Part shown: in pieces, positions 39,105-51,126 of the stretch
Numbering within the stretch: the stretch's first letter is position 1
Layout: each line of letters starts with the position of its first letter
Assembly (NCBI GenBank): GCA_964270895.1
Contig: OZ185437.1
Origin: Podarcis filfolensis
Lineage: Eukaryota
Strand: one strand, 5' to 3'
Length of the DNA: 64,000 bases
Notes under the pieces: model-generated
Told to the model about the DNA's origin: nothing
Database searches by the model: none
What the model saw: only the letters and a program-made list of their open reading frames with translations
Made by a program: the position numbers and the translations under genes

Positions 39105-39350
39105 AAGTCCGTATGGTGTAGTGTTTGATTAGGTCTGGGAAGACCGGAGTTCAAATTCCTACAGAGGCACGAAGCTCACAGAATGACCTTCGACTGCTAA
39201 CACTCTCTAGGCCTAACCTACCTCAAAAGGCCTTTTTCTGAGGATAAATTGGGGGGGGCGGGGAGAGGCCCCGCATGCTCCCCTGAGCTCCTTGGAGGAA
39301 TAGCTGGTGGGGAGGGGGCCAGGAAATGTAATAAATAATTAAAAATAAAA
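39105..39350 (+). mobile_element. Old tRNA-derived SINE (Squam2-like)
   Basis: tggtgtagtg A-box, ggagttcaaattcc B-box, cctaacctacctca body and AT-rich tail. Confidence 0.6.
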
Positions 39351-39930
39351 CAATGGCATGTAACTTGAAGTGTCTTCCTATACATTGGGGGTTGTTTTAA
39401 GATTGTTGGTAGCGGTCTCATTTGTGTGGTGCTTTACCTATGTGTATGATGGCCTGAGCAATATAGAGTACAGGACAGTATGCAGTATTTGCTGGCCAGT
39501 GGGTATCCTGAATGCAGTGTGGATGCTCATGGGCAGTAAAAGAGAACAAAAAAAGTGGCTGGGAGTATCTCCCTCAGTCTGTTCATTAACGAAGGATCAT
39601 ATTCACCACAGAGCAGGTCTCCGGTTTGTACACTGTAATGCTGTCAATTTAAAGCTGTCTAGTGATTGAGATAATTTAGGCTGGTATTGTGCAGGATTGA
39701 ATCTTAACTGCCCTGAGACCTCTGGGCATAGGGTGGTATATAAATTCAGTAAGTAAAAAATAAATAAAATTAATCCCATCTGGGTGTGGTTGGACCAGAG
39801 CTCTTTGTATGAGAATTAGAGGGTGCTGTGGGTTATATCCATCTGGCACTTGTATGCTTCAGTTTGCCACTCTGAAAACTTGCCCATATTTTTCAGTGAG
39901 ATTCTTGCTTCTGTTTCCTTTTTTGCACAG

Positions 39931-39959
39931 GAGCCCTTGACGGATGCAGAAAGGATGAG
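39931..39959 (+). CDS. TJAP1: TJAP1 coding exon, 29 nt (EPLTDAERM)
   Basis: ttttgcacAG acceptor, GTAAGT donor; phase 0 in, phase 2 out; peptide matches human EPLTDAERM. Confidence 0.95.
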
Positions 39960-40489
39960 GTAAGTATCCTCGTCACTTTCGTTATGCAAATCTTTATTTT
40001 CCAGGCTACTACATTTATGCTCATTCTCCGAACTTTGGCTTTCCCTTCCTTTAAGGCTCTACACCAGGGCTGGGGCCTTTTGGGTTGGATGGACCAGATC
40101 TTCATCTTCCCCCACCCTGATGGGCCAAGCTTGGTAGGTGGGTGGGACCACCTACCTGCCAATCATCTGGTGTCATAGTGACACCAGGTGATTGATAGGG
40201 GGTGGTCCCGCCCACCTCTCAAAGCTGGCCCTTGGGGTGGGGGAGATACTGCCCAAGTGGGATTAAACGCATATCAGCTAAAATTAAAACCTGCATTCTG
40301 CAGCCATGTTTCTACCTGCCCTACCTGTTATCACACATTATGTCAAGCGTGGAGAAGGTGGGTTTGGTTTCAGGACCAGAAGGTGTCACCTGGCAGGTCA
40401 GGTTTATCTTGGCCTTTGGCACCTGAGATACTCAGGACCCACCCTATTATTGTGACTGAAATTTGGTTTTATTGGTTTTTAATACTGTA

Positions 40490-40731
40490 CAGTGGTACCT
40501 CAGGTTACATACGCTTCAGGTTACATACACTTCAGGTTACAGACTCCGCTAACCCAGAAATAGTGCTTCAGGTTAAGAACTTTGCTTCAGGATGAGAACA
40601 GAAATCGTGCTCTGGCGGTGCGGCAGCAGCAGGAGGCCCCATTAGCTAAAGTGGTGCTTCAGGTTAAGAACAGTTTCAGGTTAAGTACGGACCTCCAGAA
40701 CGAATTAAGTATTTAACCTGAGGTACCACTG
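40490..40731. mobile_element. Tc1/mariner-type MITE, family A
   Basis: TA|cagtggtacctcagg...cctgaggtaccactg|TA. Confidence 0.9.
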
Positions 40732-41887
40732 TACTGAATTTCAAATTTTTGTAACCCGCCCTGGTAATATATTTGATGATGGTGATAATTTGCAGGTCAG
40801 AGGTTCTCTGCTCTGTGCTCATCAGGAAGCGTTATCTCACAACCTTGATGGTGCAGTGGCTGAAAGGACGGTCCTGAAACTGACATGGCTGCCTCAGGCA
40901 TAGATGCCAAAGCTAGTGTAGGTGGAGACCCAGCTGTACAAGCACAAACAAAGGGTCCAAACTTTACATTAGGTTTTCAACTTGCTGTTCCAGCAGGAAG
41001 AGTGGATAGGCAATCATTCATTCCAACAGCAGGCATCTATTTTAATTTCTTGAAAACACGTTTTAAGCTCTATTGTTTGAATGTGATTTGCTGTGCTTGG
41101 GATATGTCCTTTGTGCAGTCTCTCACTATGAAAGTCGGATGTGTAAAAATATCTGCAAGGAGGCAGCAATTTTTTGGATTGCTTTTAAATCAGTGAAGAA
41201 CAATCCCAATACAGTAGTAGCAGAACTGTTGGGAGACTGTGCATGCAAGCAGATGTATGGATAGGGCAGCAGAAGACTTCTGTGCCAGTGAGCCGTTATG
41301 CAAACATAGGCTGTATCTTCCTCCATAGACTGATTCCACTCACTTGCTTGGAAACTGGGTCACTTTTCCTCTGTGAGGGTGGAGATGGGCCGATGTCGAC
41401 TGACCCGCCTCCCTGCATCCTTGCTAGATGTTTCATGGCAGCACGTAAATTATTGAGTGAGTCTCATCTTCCAGTGGAGGACACCTAAACTGCACAGCCC
41501 CATCTGGCTACTGTGTTTAGTACAGATACTGTAAACTGAGACGCTGCTGGCATGGATGAGTGGCCGGCTACTGAGAATAAGGCTCTCTGTCTCTGCTCTG
41601 GTGGCAATATGATCAACTGACATGACCTTTTGTTATCTACAGCAGATTCCCGTATGTGCTCAGGCCTCTGCTCAAAGTGGCTTGCTACTCATAAACAGAA
41701 TTTAGTGGCACAAGATCCAGAAAAGGCTTCCCTAGAACACCCTTGCTATTCCTGACCACCAGAATGCACCTTATTACCCATCTTTCCCAGTCTCTGCTGA
41801 TCGTCTTCTTCCTGGTGTGCAGATATGTCTCCAGAGTCGTCCTCCTGGAACTCAAAGGCACTGGCAGGAATCCAGTAGAGCTTAGGG

Positions 41888-42023
41888 CAGGCATAGGCAG
41901 CCTTTGGCCCTCCAGATGTTTTGGACTACAATTCCAACCATCCCTGACCACTGGTCCTGTTAGCTAGGGATCAAGGGAGTTGTAGGCCAAAGCATCTGGA
42001 GGGCCAAAGGTTGCCTATGCCTA
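41888..42023. mobile_element. Palindromic hAT-type MITE
   Basis: TIRs caggcataggcagcctttggccctccagatg / catctggagggccaaaggttgcctatgcct; 8-bp TSD gcttaggg / acttaggg. Confidence 0.85.
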
Positions 42024-42452
42024 ACTTAGGGGGATACCTGAAAACCTTTTTTCTTTAGTAAAATGTACTGTAATTCCTTGTTGGACATGAAAACTTAAGA
42101 GTGAATAAACTGGTTTTTTTTTTTGCTCATTCATGCATTTGAAGTTGCACTGGGTCTAGTACTGCGCATGCCTCAGCACTATGAAATGGAGGTTTGCAAA
42201 TGGGTTTTTAAAATTACTATTATGTTGGAAACCTGGGCTTTATTTCCTCTCTTGTGGTGAATGGTTGCTGGGGGCAGGGAAGATCTGTAAACTCATCCCG
42301 AGATTTTTTCACAACACAGTCATTTTCTTCAGATGTCTTTTCATGTCCTGTGTGCCGCTTTGCACCTGAACAGAGAAGGGGAGGGGTTGGCAGAACTGTC
42401 GGAGTGCGTCTTGCTGCAGCCCTCTTTCAAAAGTGAGGCTGTAAGTGTTGTA

Positions 42453-42696
42453 CAGTCGTACCATGGAATGGAATCCGTTCCGGAAGTCTGTTCAACTTCC
42501 AAAACGGTCAGAAACCAAAGCACAGCTTCTGATTCGCTGCAGGAAGCTCCTGTAGCCAATCAGAAGTCATGGGAGCCCTGTCGGACGTTCAGGTTCCAAA
42601 AAAAGTTTGAAAACCGGAACACTCACTTCTGGGTTTTGATTGTTTGGGAGCCGATTTGTTCGTGAACCAAGGTGTTCAACTTCCTAGGTATGACTG
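42453..42696. mobile_element. Tc1/mariner-type MITE, family C
   Basis: TA|cagtcgtacc...ggtatgactg|TA; shares internal sequence with 33667-33869. Confidence 0.82.
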
Positions 42697-42756
42697 TATG
42701 GAAGACTGCAGCACTTGTAGTTTTTATTCAGGATGTTGTTGCTTTGTTTGCATTAG

Positions 42757-42918
42757 GTTGTTGCAACATGAGAATGAGGAGCTGCGTCGGCGTCTGGCTT
42801 ATGTCACCAACAAAATGGAGGCAATGGAAAGGGAGTTGGAGTCTGGGCAAGACTATCTGGAGATGGAGCTGGGCCAGAATCGTGAGGAGCTAGAAAAATT
42901 CAAGGACAAGTTCCGTAG
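42757..42918 (+). CDS. TJAP1: TJAP1 coding exon, 162 nt (coiled coil LLQHENEELRRRL...LEKFKDKFR)
   Basis: cattAG acceptor, GTATGT donor, phase 2 to 2; matches human LLQEENEELRRRL...DKFKDKFRR. Confidence 0.96.
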
Positions 42919-44206
42919 GTATGTCAGCTTTAAGAAGCTCTGGGGTGCTGTAAGAGAAGGGAACCAGCTGGATAGAAGGACACATTGCTTCCTAGCCATC
43001 TGAGATGTATGTCCTATACTTGGGATTGCTATTTGCAGATTTTTGGGGGAAGCAATAAATGTGTCATTGCACAATATATTTTGTCCCCTCCCTCCCCGCT
43101 GACAGTAGTATGAATCATTCTGTGCACGGGAAATGGTTTAATGTTAAGTGGGTCCTTGGGATGGGGGCCATGAGTGGGGTGGAAGCATTATTTTAAAAGC
43201 CAAAATTCGTCCGTCAGCATTTTTCATGCTATGACTTGCTGGCCTAGTGTTCCCTGGGACTGATATGTTAATATCTTTATGACTACCACATGGCACAATC
43301 TGAGAGGTGAAACAGGTATGATGAAGAAGATTAGGTAGGCCTTCCCTCATCTTTGCTAAAAACTAAAAGCAGCTGAGTATGGCAAAGGGATTTTGCTTCA
43401 CCCTGCCTCAAGGGAAGGGTGCTGCATTTAATCCTGGTAGGGTAGAAGGGAGGCAGGCACAATTGTCATAAGATGCGTTCATTAATCCTCCCCCATGGTA
43501 TCTGTTTTAGCTGCATCATTTTGTTCCAGTGAGCAAAACTACTAGCATTTGTTGAGGCATTGAAGTGATGACCTGTAGATGGAAGTTTGGAGGATTATTC
43601 CCCTGTCCCCAGCAACCTTGGAGGTTTACTAGATGGAACTGGACCTGAGACTTAGGTTCATACCATGTTCAGCTCCTGATTTCTTGAGTGCAGAGAGCAT
43701 AGACAAGTTGACTGTCCTCAGCTTAGAAATAAGGATAATGGGGGCAAGTTCATTATGAAGATGGATGCAGTAATTATTGTAAAGGTCTTCATAGATAGAA
43801 AAGAAGATGGGAAATGCAGAAAGGGTGATGGGATTGACACTTGTTGGCAAAGCTTTCTCTCCCATTAGATAAAACTAGGTTTAGGAGTCTTCTTTGAATC
43901 TTCTGATTCCTTTAGCATCCTTTCTCCAAGGCTGAGACCAAGACCAGTTTTGGTCCTCTGCAAGTTGGTCAGGCTTGTTTTTTCTTCCATCTCTTCTATC
44001 CATGAACATAACGTTCCTCCCTCAACTTAAACTTCTTGTAAGCAAGCTACAAGGAAAGGTCAACTGCTCATCTATGGACTGGAAGGTGTGAAGCTATGGC
44101 TTGGAGCCATGGCACACGGCTTCTTGAAATATCTCCACCTCACCTAACTTCTGAATTGCAGGGTGTCTGGTGTCAGTAACCTGAACGATCTTGTGTCTGT
44201 CTATAG

Positions 44207-44273
44207 GTTGCAGAACAGTTACACAGCCTCACAGAGAACCAATCAGGATTTGGAGGAGAAGCTGCACACCCTG
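44207..44273 (+). CDS. TJAP1: TJAP1 coding exon, 67 nt (LQNSYTASQRTNQDLEEKLHTL)
   Basis: ctatAG acceptor, GTAATT donor, phase 2 to 0. Confidence 0.96.
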
Positions 44274-44729
44274 GTAATTGACCTGCTGAGTCTATGAGAG
44301 GGAAGAGGGGGTGGGCCACACTCTTGTCTAATGGCTTGACTCCGATTGCAGTGTAGTAACACCAGGATGTAAGTCAGGATTTGAGCAGAATCTCAGTATG
44401 AAGTTGCCCAGAGGGAGCTTTGCATTCTAGATTGTCTATGTTGCCTGCACCAGAGTTTGGGTTCTTCTGCAATGTAGCTACTTGTAGTTTTTGTCTCACA
44501 TCAGCTTTTTAAAAACCCAGAGTGCTGGAAATTTGATGTGCTGCTTTTTGTAGGATCTGGGTGGGGAAAACTCATCATGGGGTTGTGGGAGTGGAGCCAA
44601 CATTTGTGTATTGTGTGCATTCATAACACTCATGGCTGTTTCTTTTCTTTCCTTTTTCTCTCTCTGTCTCTCTCCTTTTCTTTCCAATGCTGCTGCTGCT
44701 GGCAAATGCTGGGTGCACTCACCTCTCAG

Positions 44730-44759
44730 GCCTCGCTCAGTCAAAGCTGGATTTTTGCA
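44730..44759 (+). CDS. TJAP1: TJAP1 30-nt cassette exon (ASLSQSWIFA)
   Basis: ctcAG acceptor, weak GTTGCG donor, phase 0 to 0; matches recalled human ASLSHSWIFA. Confidence 0.85.
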
Positions 44760-47337
44760 GTTGCGTCTTTTCGTTTGTGTGTTGTTGTTTTTCTATCTCC
44801 TCTGCACATGCCTCAGCCTGTCCAGTTTCATTGTTGGTCGCACATTATCCAGCCCTACTTCTGTCCTAGATGGGGTCCCAGCAGCTTGGGTTTTGCAGGG
44901 GAAAGGTTATCCTTGGGAATCCGACCAGTTCTGGCCCGCATGTTCTAGCATGGGCTGCTCCTTCTTACCTTCAGTTATTGTCTAACTTGGGAAAGAAATG
45001 TCCTCTGCTTAGAGAAACCTGGAACTCATGGGACCCTCTCTGGAGTAGTGCTCCTCTCTAGTCATCTGGATGCAGCTCCAATGATTAGTATGTTGGCCCA
45101 CTTATATTATAAGGCACTTCTTGTCACTTGGGATCTCTGTGGATTGTGAATGGATTCCTGCAGAACATACATTTTTTAAAAAGACGTGCCCTATTAACAT
45201 TTAAGCCACTGAAATTGGACGTGGTAGTTCAGCCATCTCTGCCCTGTGGCATTCCCTGATTCATCTCTGTTGAATTTCAGAGAAGCAGAAAAACTCTTCC
45301 CTCGTATCTTGAATATGTCTCTTTAATTATAGCTCTTAGGGACCAAGTTAACAAGTCCCATAGAGGTGTGCACACTCAGGGCCGTTCATTTCAGTACAAA
45401 CTCAATCAGCATCCCAGATCATTTTTATAGGCTACCTGCATCCTGCTGAGCTTATTTGTGCCCTCCATTTTTCTTGTAGAAAGGCAAGTGTGGAGGAAGT
45501 TCAGCTGTTATCTGAGTGAAATTTGCTGCTGAGACAGGTGTTTGGTGGGATGGCCTTAGGACTCTTCTGTGTTGGTGCCCGAATCATCACATGAAGGATC
45601 TGGGGGAAGGCAGAGGGCTGGGACCTTGATTCTTGGAGCAAGGGGTCTCTAGTTCCATTCATTTTAAATCCAGTTTCTGTAACTGGAGGGGGGGGGACTT
45701 GGATCCAGACAAAGTTCATTGGACTTTGTGCCCATTGAAATCAATGGTACAGGTTAATCATGACTTAAATTCCATTGATCTCAGGGGAGACGCAAGTTCA
45801 ACTAACTTTTTCTGGCTCCTACCTTTTTTGCAGTGTATTCTACAACTCTCTGATTGCACCGCACTGAATGCAAAATAAGCACCTGGAGAATCTCAGCTTT
45901 CTTGTTAATACTTAAGGCTGCCGTTTTATGCACACTTCATTTGATGTAAGCCCCATTGGAGACAGTGTTAACTTACTTCTGAGCAAACATGCATAGTATT
46001 TGACTGCATGTCTGCGAAGGTTTCAAAATGAGCAAGAAAATGCTTATTGAATTTCCAGAACTGGATTTCTCCTTCACAGAGCCCTTCCCTTCCCTGTGAC
46101 TGGAAGTAACAGAATAATTTTTGCTAAATAAGAATTCCCCCCCTATTTGCTTCTCTTCCATAACGTACACAATTTCCAGTATTCTAACTTTCTTGCTTCT
46201 GAAGTTTTATTCTTTTTTTCAGAAAAATAAAACTTGCATCTACAGAGCTCTGTATCTGTATACTCTGCTTAAAATACTCACGCCTTGATCAAGTTTCCAA
46301 ATTTGGCAATTCTGCAGAATCTCTCCCACTCTTTTTTGGTGGGGAAGCTAGGAATTGCAAGGAGTAAAAAAAATAAAATTGCCTGGTGAAATTAGGGGAG
46401 CAGGAATTGAAGCTTATGATACAAGCACTGAGTGAATGTGTGCTGCTCTTGTATATGCTAGAAAACCTGCCACGATTCTTTGGTTTTTTTAAAGTATGTA
46501 ACTCTGGCCACATTCCTCCAAGGTGCCCCCCCCCCACCTTCTTCAGCTGTGTGGACTAGAAGCATGTTCTTTGGTAAAATGAAAACTGAGATTTTATTGG
46601 AATTTGCAAGAGGTGCATAGTTTGTTTTGCCGTCATATTTTACCATCAGTGAGGTGCAAGCAGATTGCTGGATCCTTGCCTATAGTGTCAGAAGTGTGAT
46701 TATGTATTGCCATCATCCTTTGTAGGATAAAGTGTTAGTAATTGCTGTGCTGAGGGAGAGAAGGTTTGCTTAGGAGACCACATTACTCAATGGGAGCTGG
46801 GCTGTGTACTCTTCCAGTTGTTACGGTTGCCATCCTTCCCTTGGATAAAGAAGTCCTACACTAGCGGTTGTTGTTTTTTTTAACTGACTACCCAAGTGAT
46901 GGATGTGCCACAGGTATGCTAAGGATGTCTCTCAACAGGCTTCACACAACTAGGAAGCATCTTCAAAGCCCAATGTCACAATAGTCCCTGTTGGCATGTC
47001 CAAACCCTGACTACTTCAGGGACAGTGTTCACCCTCTGCATGATCTGCTTGCCAAATAGCTATGAAGAGCAGCTGCACCAGTGAAGGCTCCAAGTGCAGA
47101 TTGCTTTCATAACTAGTAAATGTGTCTTAAGTCCTCCAAGCAAACGGATGCAGAATGACTGATTCCATGTTCTGTTTGAGCCCCATCTTCCTCCCTTGCT
47201 TAAGGGCAAAAATGGAGCTCTGAATTTATTGGCGTTGAGTGGGGTTGGGTTTTTTTCTTTGAAGGGAATTGGTCAGGGAGGAAGTCCAGCTGCTGCTGAC
47301 AAATGGGACTCACCCCCTATATATCCCTGTACTCCAG

Positions 47338-47445
47338 ATTAAAAAAGCCGAAATGGATCGCAAGACTCTTGATTGGGAGATTGTGGAGCTCACTAATAAA
47401 CTATTGGATGCCAAAACAACCATCAATAAACTGGAAGAGCTTAAT
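47338..47445 (+). CDS. TJAP1: TJAP1 coding exon, 108 nt (IKKAEMDRKTLDWEIVELTNKLLDAKTTINKLEELN)
   Basis: ctccAG acceptor, GTAAGT donor, phase 0 to 0. Confidence 0.97.
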
Positions 47446-47576
47446 GTAAGTACTCCTTTCCCCCAGATTATGAATTCACTGCAAGGAAAGGGAATGAACT
47501 AAGAGGTTTCATTTCCCCTGAACAATGGACCTGTATAATCACAGTTGGTGTTGGAACTTTTGCTGACTATGTAGGT

Positions 47577-47778
47577 CAGAGCTTTCCAAACTTTTCATGT
47601 TGGTGACGCACTTTTTAGACATGCATCATTTTGCGACATGGTAATTCAGTTTTATTAGCAAATCGGGTTAAACTAACCCCTTTCCAGCCCCGGGAGGAGC
47701 GCAGGGAGTGTTTGTGTGATACACCTACACACTGCAGCCGCCACTAACACGTCGCGACACACAGTTTGGAAAGCTGTG
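47577..47778. mobile_element. hAT-type MITE
   Basis: TIRs cagagctttccaaact / agtttggaaagctgtg; perfect 8-bp TSD atgtaggt on both sides. Confidence 0.9.
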
Positions 47779-48365
47779 ATGTAGGTTGTCTTATGCTGGA
47801 TGGGAAGAACTGTTTCCTTAGCACACCTGCTGTCTAGGAATGTTATCTTTAACAATAAATGGGCATCTCCTTCTCCTTCATGCATTTTGGTGCAATGGTA
47901 GTGAGATTATCCCACATTTTTTGGGCATCTCAATACTGAAAATCCTGTGTTTTATTTTAAGACATTCAAGGGATGAACAGCAAAGAGGCATCTTCAGTAG
48001 AATTAAATGCTCAGGCTGCTTGACTTAAGAAAGCAAGATCTGCGTGTTCCTACTCTTACTGACCAGTTCATGAGCCATTTTAATCCAGAACATTTAGATT
48101 GGAATAATAATAGATTTTGTTGACTCAGATTATCTTAAATCTTGTTTAAACTCAAATACTCTGGTTGTGGATGGAGGTGAAATATAGCATAAAAGTTGGA
48201 GGGGTTTGTTGAAATTCAGTAAGTCTGTAAAACTTAACAGACATACAGGATAGATTTGGGAGGGTGCTCTGCTTCAAATCTTACAGCATTTTCTTCTGTC
48301 CAGATGAATGTGAGTTAGAACCTAGCTCATTTTACAGGGCTGGCAGGGAGGATTATTATTGCTCC

Positions 48366-48414
<49 letters not shown>
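48366..48414. repeat. (TAT)n microsatellite
   Basis: Directly visible. Confidence 0.95.
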
Positions 48415-48622
48415 TTATATGATGTAATCAGAACCATTCCTACTGCTAGCCTAAGTGAGCTGGCTTTCTTTAAAGTGGCAGATTCTGAGGTGCCATTAAA
48501 GCTCTCAGGTATCACCCTGGAACAACTTTTTTTGGGTCTTTTTCATTTTTTGCCTCAGGCCCCAAAATGTCTTGGGGCATCTCTGAATGCGATTTGCCAA
48601 TCCCTGCATGTTGTCTTGACAG

Positions 48623-48706
48623 GAGCGATATCGGCAGGACTGTAACCTGGCAGTGCAGCTCCTGAAGTGCAACAAGTCTCACTTTCGGAATCACAAGTTT
48701 GCTGAT
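48623..48706 (+). CDS. TJAP1: TJAP1 coding exon, 84 nt (ERYRQDCNLAVQLLKCNKSHFRNHKFAD)
   Basis: ttgacAG acceptor, GTGAGT donor, phase 0 to 0. Confidence 0.97.
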
Positions 48707-49806
48707 GTGAGTGGAAATCTTGAGCAGGGTGGTTGGTTGGGGGAACCTTGTTCCAGGCTTCTCTCTCATCCAATACATAGAAAGCGTAGGAGGAACTGCT
48801 TTTCCTCATTCTGCAGGGACTCCCATGGGGGACAACAAAAGACAATGAATGCCTTGTCATCTTGTCTTCTCATTGTTCCTCAGCTGCATTTCTGTAGGTG
48901 GGAAGGAGGGAGGTTGTTGTCATTGCTACACCAGCCTTGAGCTTGATAGCCTGTTAGGGCCCTGAACGGAGCCTAGAGAATTGCAGGTCTCCTGCTGGAT
49001 CATCTCTTTTTCCCCCGTTGTGACAAAGGAGTTAGTGAATGAATGGAGAAGCCTGTTAACTCCAGGTGCTCTTAACTCATCATGATGGAGGAAGTTTTGT
49101 GTAGTGTCAGGAGAGAAAATAAGAGACTAGGTGGGCTGGGATGACTGGCAACCCTTGGGTGGTTTCTAGCCTTCAGGAAGATAGAAGGTCTCTTAAGTCT
49201 GTTGTGATGTGGGGCCCACATCCATGTTCCTTGATGCAACGGGCTTGAGGTGGTTTCAGGAGCAGTGGGAGTGTCAGGCTGCTTCTGTCTCTGGAGCTAG
49301 CAAGTGCCAGGATGGCAATTGATTCTTAGTCTGGGGCAGGCTGCCAAGGCAGTGCCCTATAATTACTACATGCTTCCTGGGAGCCTCAGATTCTAGTAGT
49401 GGGGGCTGGTCACTCGATTCAGCGCAGCCACCAGCTAATTTTTTCCACTAATCAATAGCATTATGCTGGCCTAACATGCACCAGCAAGGCTCTCTTGTTT
49501 AATGTTCAAGTTTGAGCGTATGCTTCTCCCTGTTTCTTCTGAAGGGGCCTTGTTTGTCAGGCCCAGAGCCAAGGCAGGAGGGCAGAACCACATTTTTTCC
49601 TCAGTTATTGGGACACAAATGGATCTTTTGAATTTATAGGTGGCTGGTGGTTTGAAAGATGCTTTTAATGACATGGTATGTCACGGCAAGAAGTTAGAGC
49701 TGGGCAAGCAGCGCCTTCCACATAACTGCTTCATCCATCTGTCCTACCCTATTAGCTCAGTGGTTCTCTTAGTTCCGAGATAACGTCCTTTTTCCTGTCT
49801 CCGTAG

Positions 49807-51126
49807 CTTCCCTATGAGCTGCAAGACATGGTCAACAAGCACCTGCATAGCACTCAGGAGACCTCTGGCCCTGGCCAGGAGGCCCCTCACACCTTGGCTC
49901 CATCGGACGTGGTGCCCACCTCGGTGATCGCCAGAGTCCTGGAGAAGCCGGAGTCCCTGGTGCTCAACTCGGCCAAATCCAGCAGCGGCAGCTGCTCCAT
50001 CGCCGAGGACGTCTTTGTGCACGTCGACATGAGCGGAGCTCCGTCCGACGCTTGCCCAAGCCCCGGGCAGCCCGGGAGCGAGGGGGCAGAGGGAGCAAGG
50101 CAGCAGAACGGGGGCTGCAAACCTCCAAGCGGCTTGGAGGGCCTCCCTGGCGAGGTGCCCACATTTGAGAAGCTCAGCCCGTACCCCACCCCGCCCCCGC
50201 CCCACCCCATGTACCCGGGGCGCAAGGTGATCGAGTTCTCTGAAGACAAGGTGCGGATCCCGAAGAACAGCCCCCTGCCCAACTGCACCTATGCCACGCG
50301 CCAAGCCATCTCCTTGAGCCTGGTCCAGGGGGAGGATGAGAACGGCGACAGGCAGCGCACCCTTCCCAGCAGCCCCGCCTCGGAGGGCCAGCGGTCGGCT
50401 TCCAGCTGCTCTTACCAGCCGTCCCCCAAGGTGAGCCGAGCTCACGGCTCCTCGCAGAGCAGCCCCTTCAGCAGCCCCCCGCAGGTGCCCAGCACCTTTG
50501 CCAGCTCGGCCAGCTCCGAGGAGGACCTGCTGGCCAACTGGCAGCGGATGTTTGTGGAGAAGGCTCCCCCAACCACGGAGCGGGTGCTGGTGAACCGTAC
50601 CTCCTTCAGCCGCGACACGGCCCAGGAGCTCCAGAAACGTTTCAGCCGCTCCATGCAGGAGCTAGGCCGTGCCGCCTCCACCTACTCGGACGGCGAGGAG
50701 TCGGTGCAGAGCTGCAGCTGGACGGTGAGCAGGGACTCCAGCACGGACACCGACAGCACCGAGTCCCGCGCTCGCCGGGGCCACCTCTCCTCCGACTACG
50801 GCACGGACTTCTCCCAGGACGAAGCCCACAAGCTGCTGCAAGGGGGTGGCGGAAAGGGGGCGGCAGAGCCCTCCAGCTCTTCCCCAGAGAAGCACAAAGA
50901 CTACGTAGACCTCGACTTGTCCGGGAGCCCGGCCGAAGAGCAGGAAACGCTGCTGCAGGGAAGCCAGGAAAACAGCCAAGAGGATAGCTCCGAGCAGAGC
51001 AGGGAGTGCAAGAGCAAGCCTCCTCCGGGCCGCCCCCACCGCAGCCCCAAGAGGATGGGGGTTCACCACCTCCATCGGAAAGACAGCCTGACGCAGGCCC
51101 AGGAGCAAGGCAACTTGCTCAACTGA
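49807..51126 (+). CDS. TJAP1: TJAP1 terminal coding exon (LPYELQDMVNKHL...HRKDSLTQAQEQGNLLN-stop)
   Basis: ccgtAG acceptor, phase 0; contains VVPTSVIARVLEKPESL, VIEFSEDKVRIP and RSPKRMGVHHLHRKDSLTQAQEQGNLLN, as in human TJAP1. Confidence 0.97.
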   Translation, partial: LPYELQDMVNKHLHSTQETSGPGQEAPHTLAPSDVVPTSVIARVLEKPESLVLNSAKSSSGSCSIAEDVFVHVDMSGAPSDACPSPGQPGSEGAEGARQQNGGCKPPSGLEGLPGEVPTFEKLSPYPTPPPPHPMYPGRKVIEFSEDKVRIPKNSPLPNCTYATRQAISLSLVQGEDENGDRQRTLPSSPASEGQRSASSCSYQPSPKVSRAHGSSQSSPFSSPPQVPSTFASSASSEEDLLANWQRMFVEKAPPTTERVLVNRTSFSRDTAQELQKRFSRSMQELGRAASTYSDGEESVQSCSWTVSRDSSTDTDSTESRARRGHLSSDYGTDFSQDEAHKLLQGGGGKGAAEPSSSSPEKHKDYVDLDLSGSPAEEQETLLQGSQENSQEDSSEQSRECKSKPPPGRPHRSPKRMGVHHLHRKDSLTQAQEQGNLLN

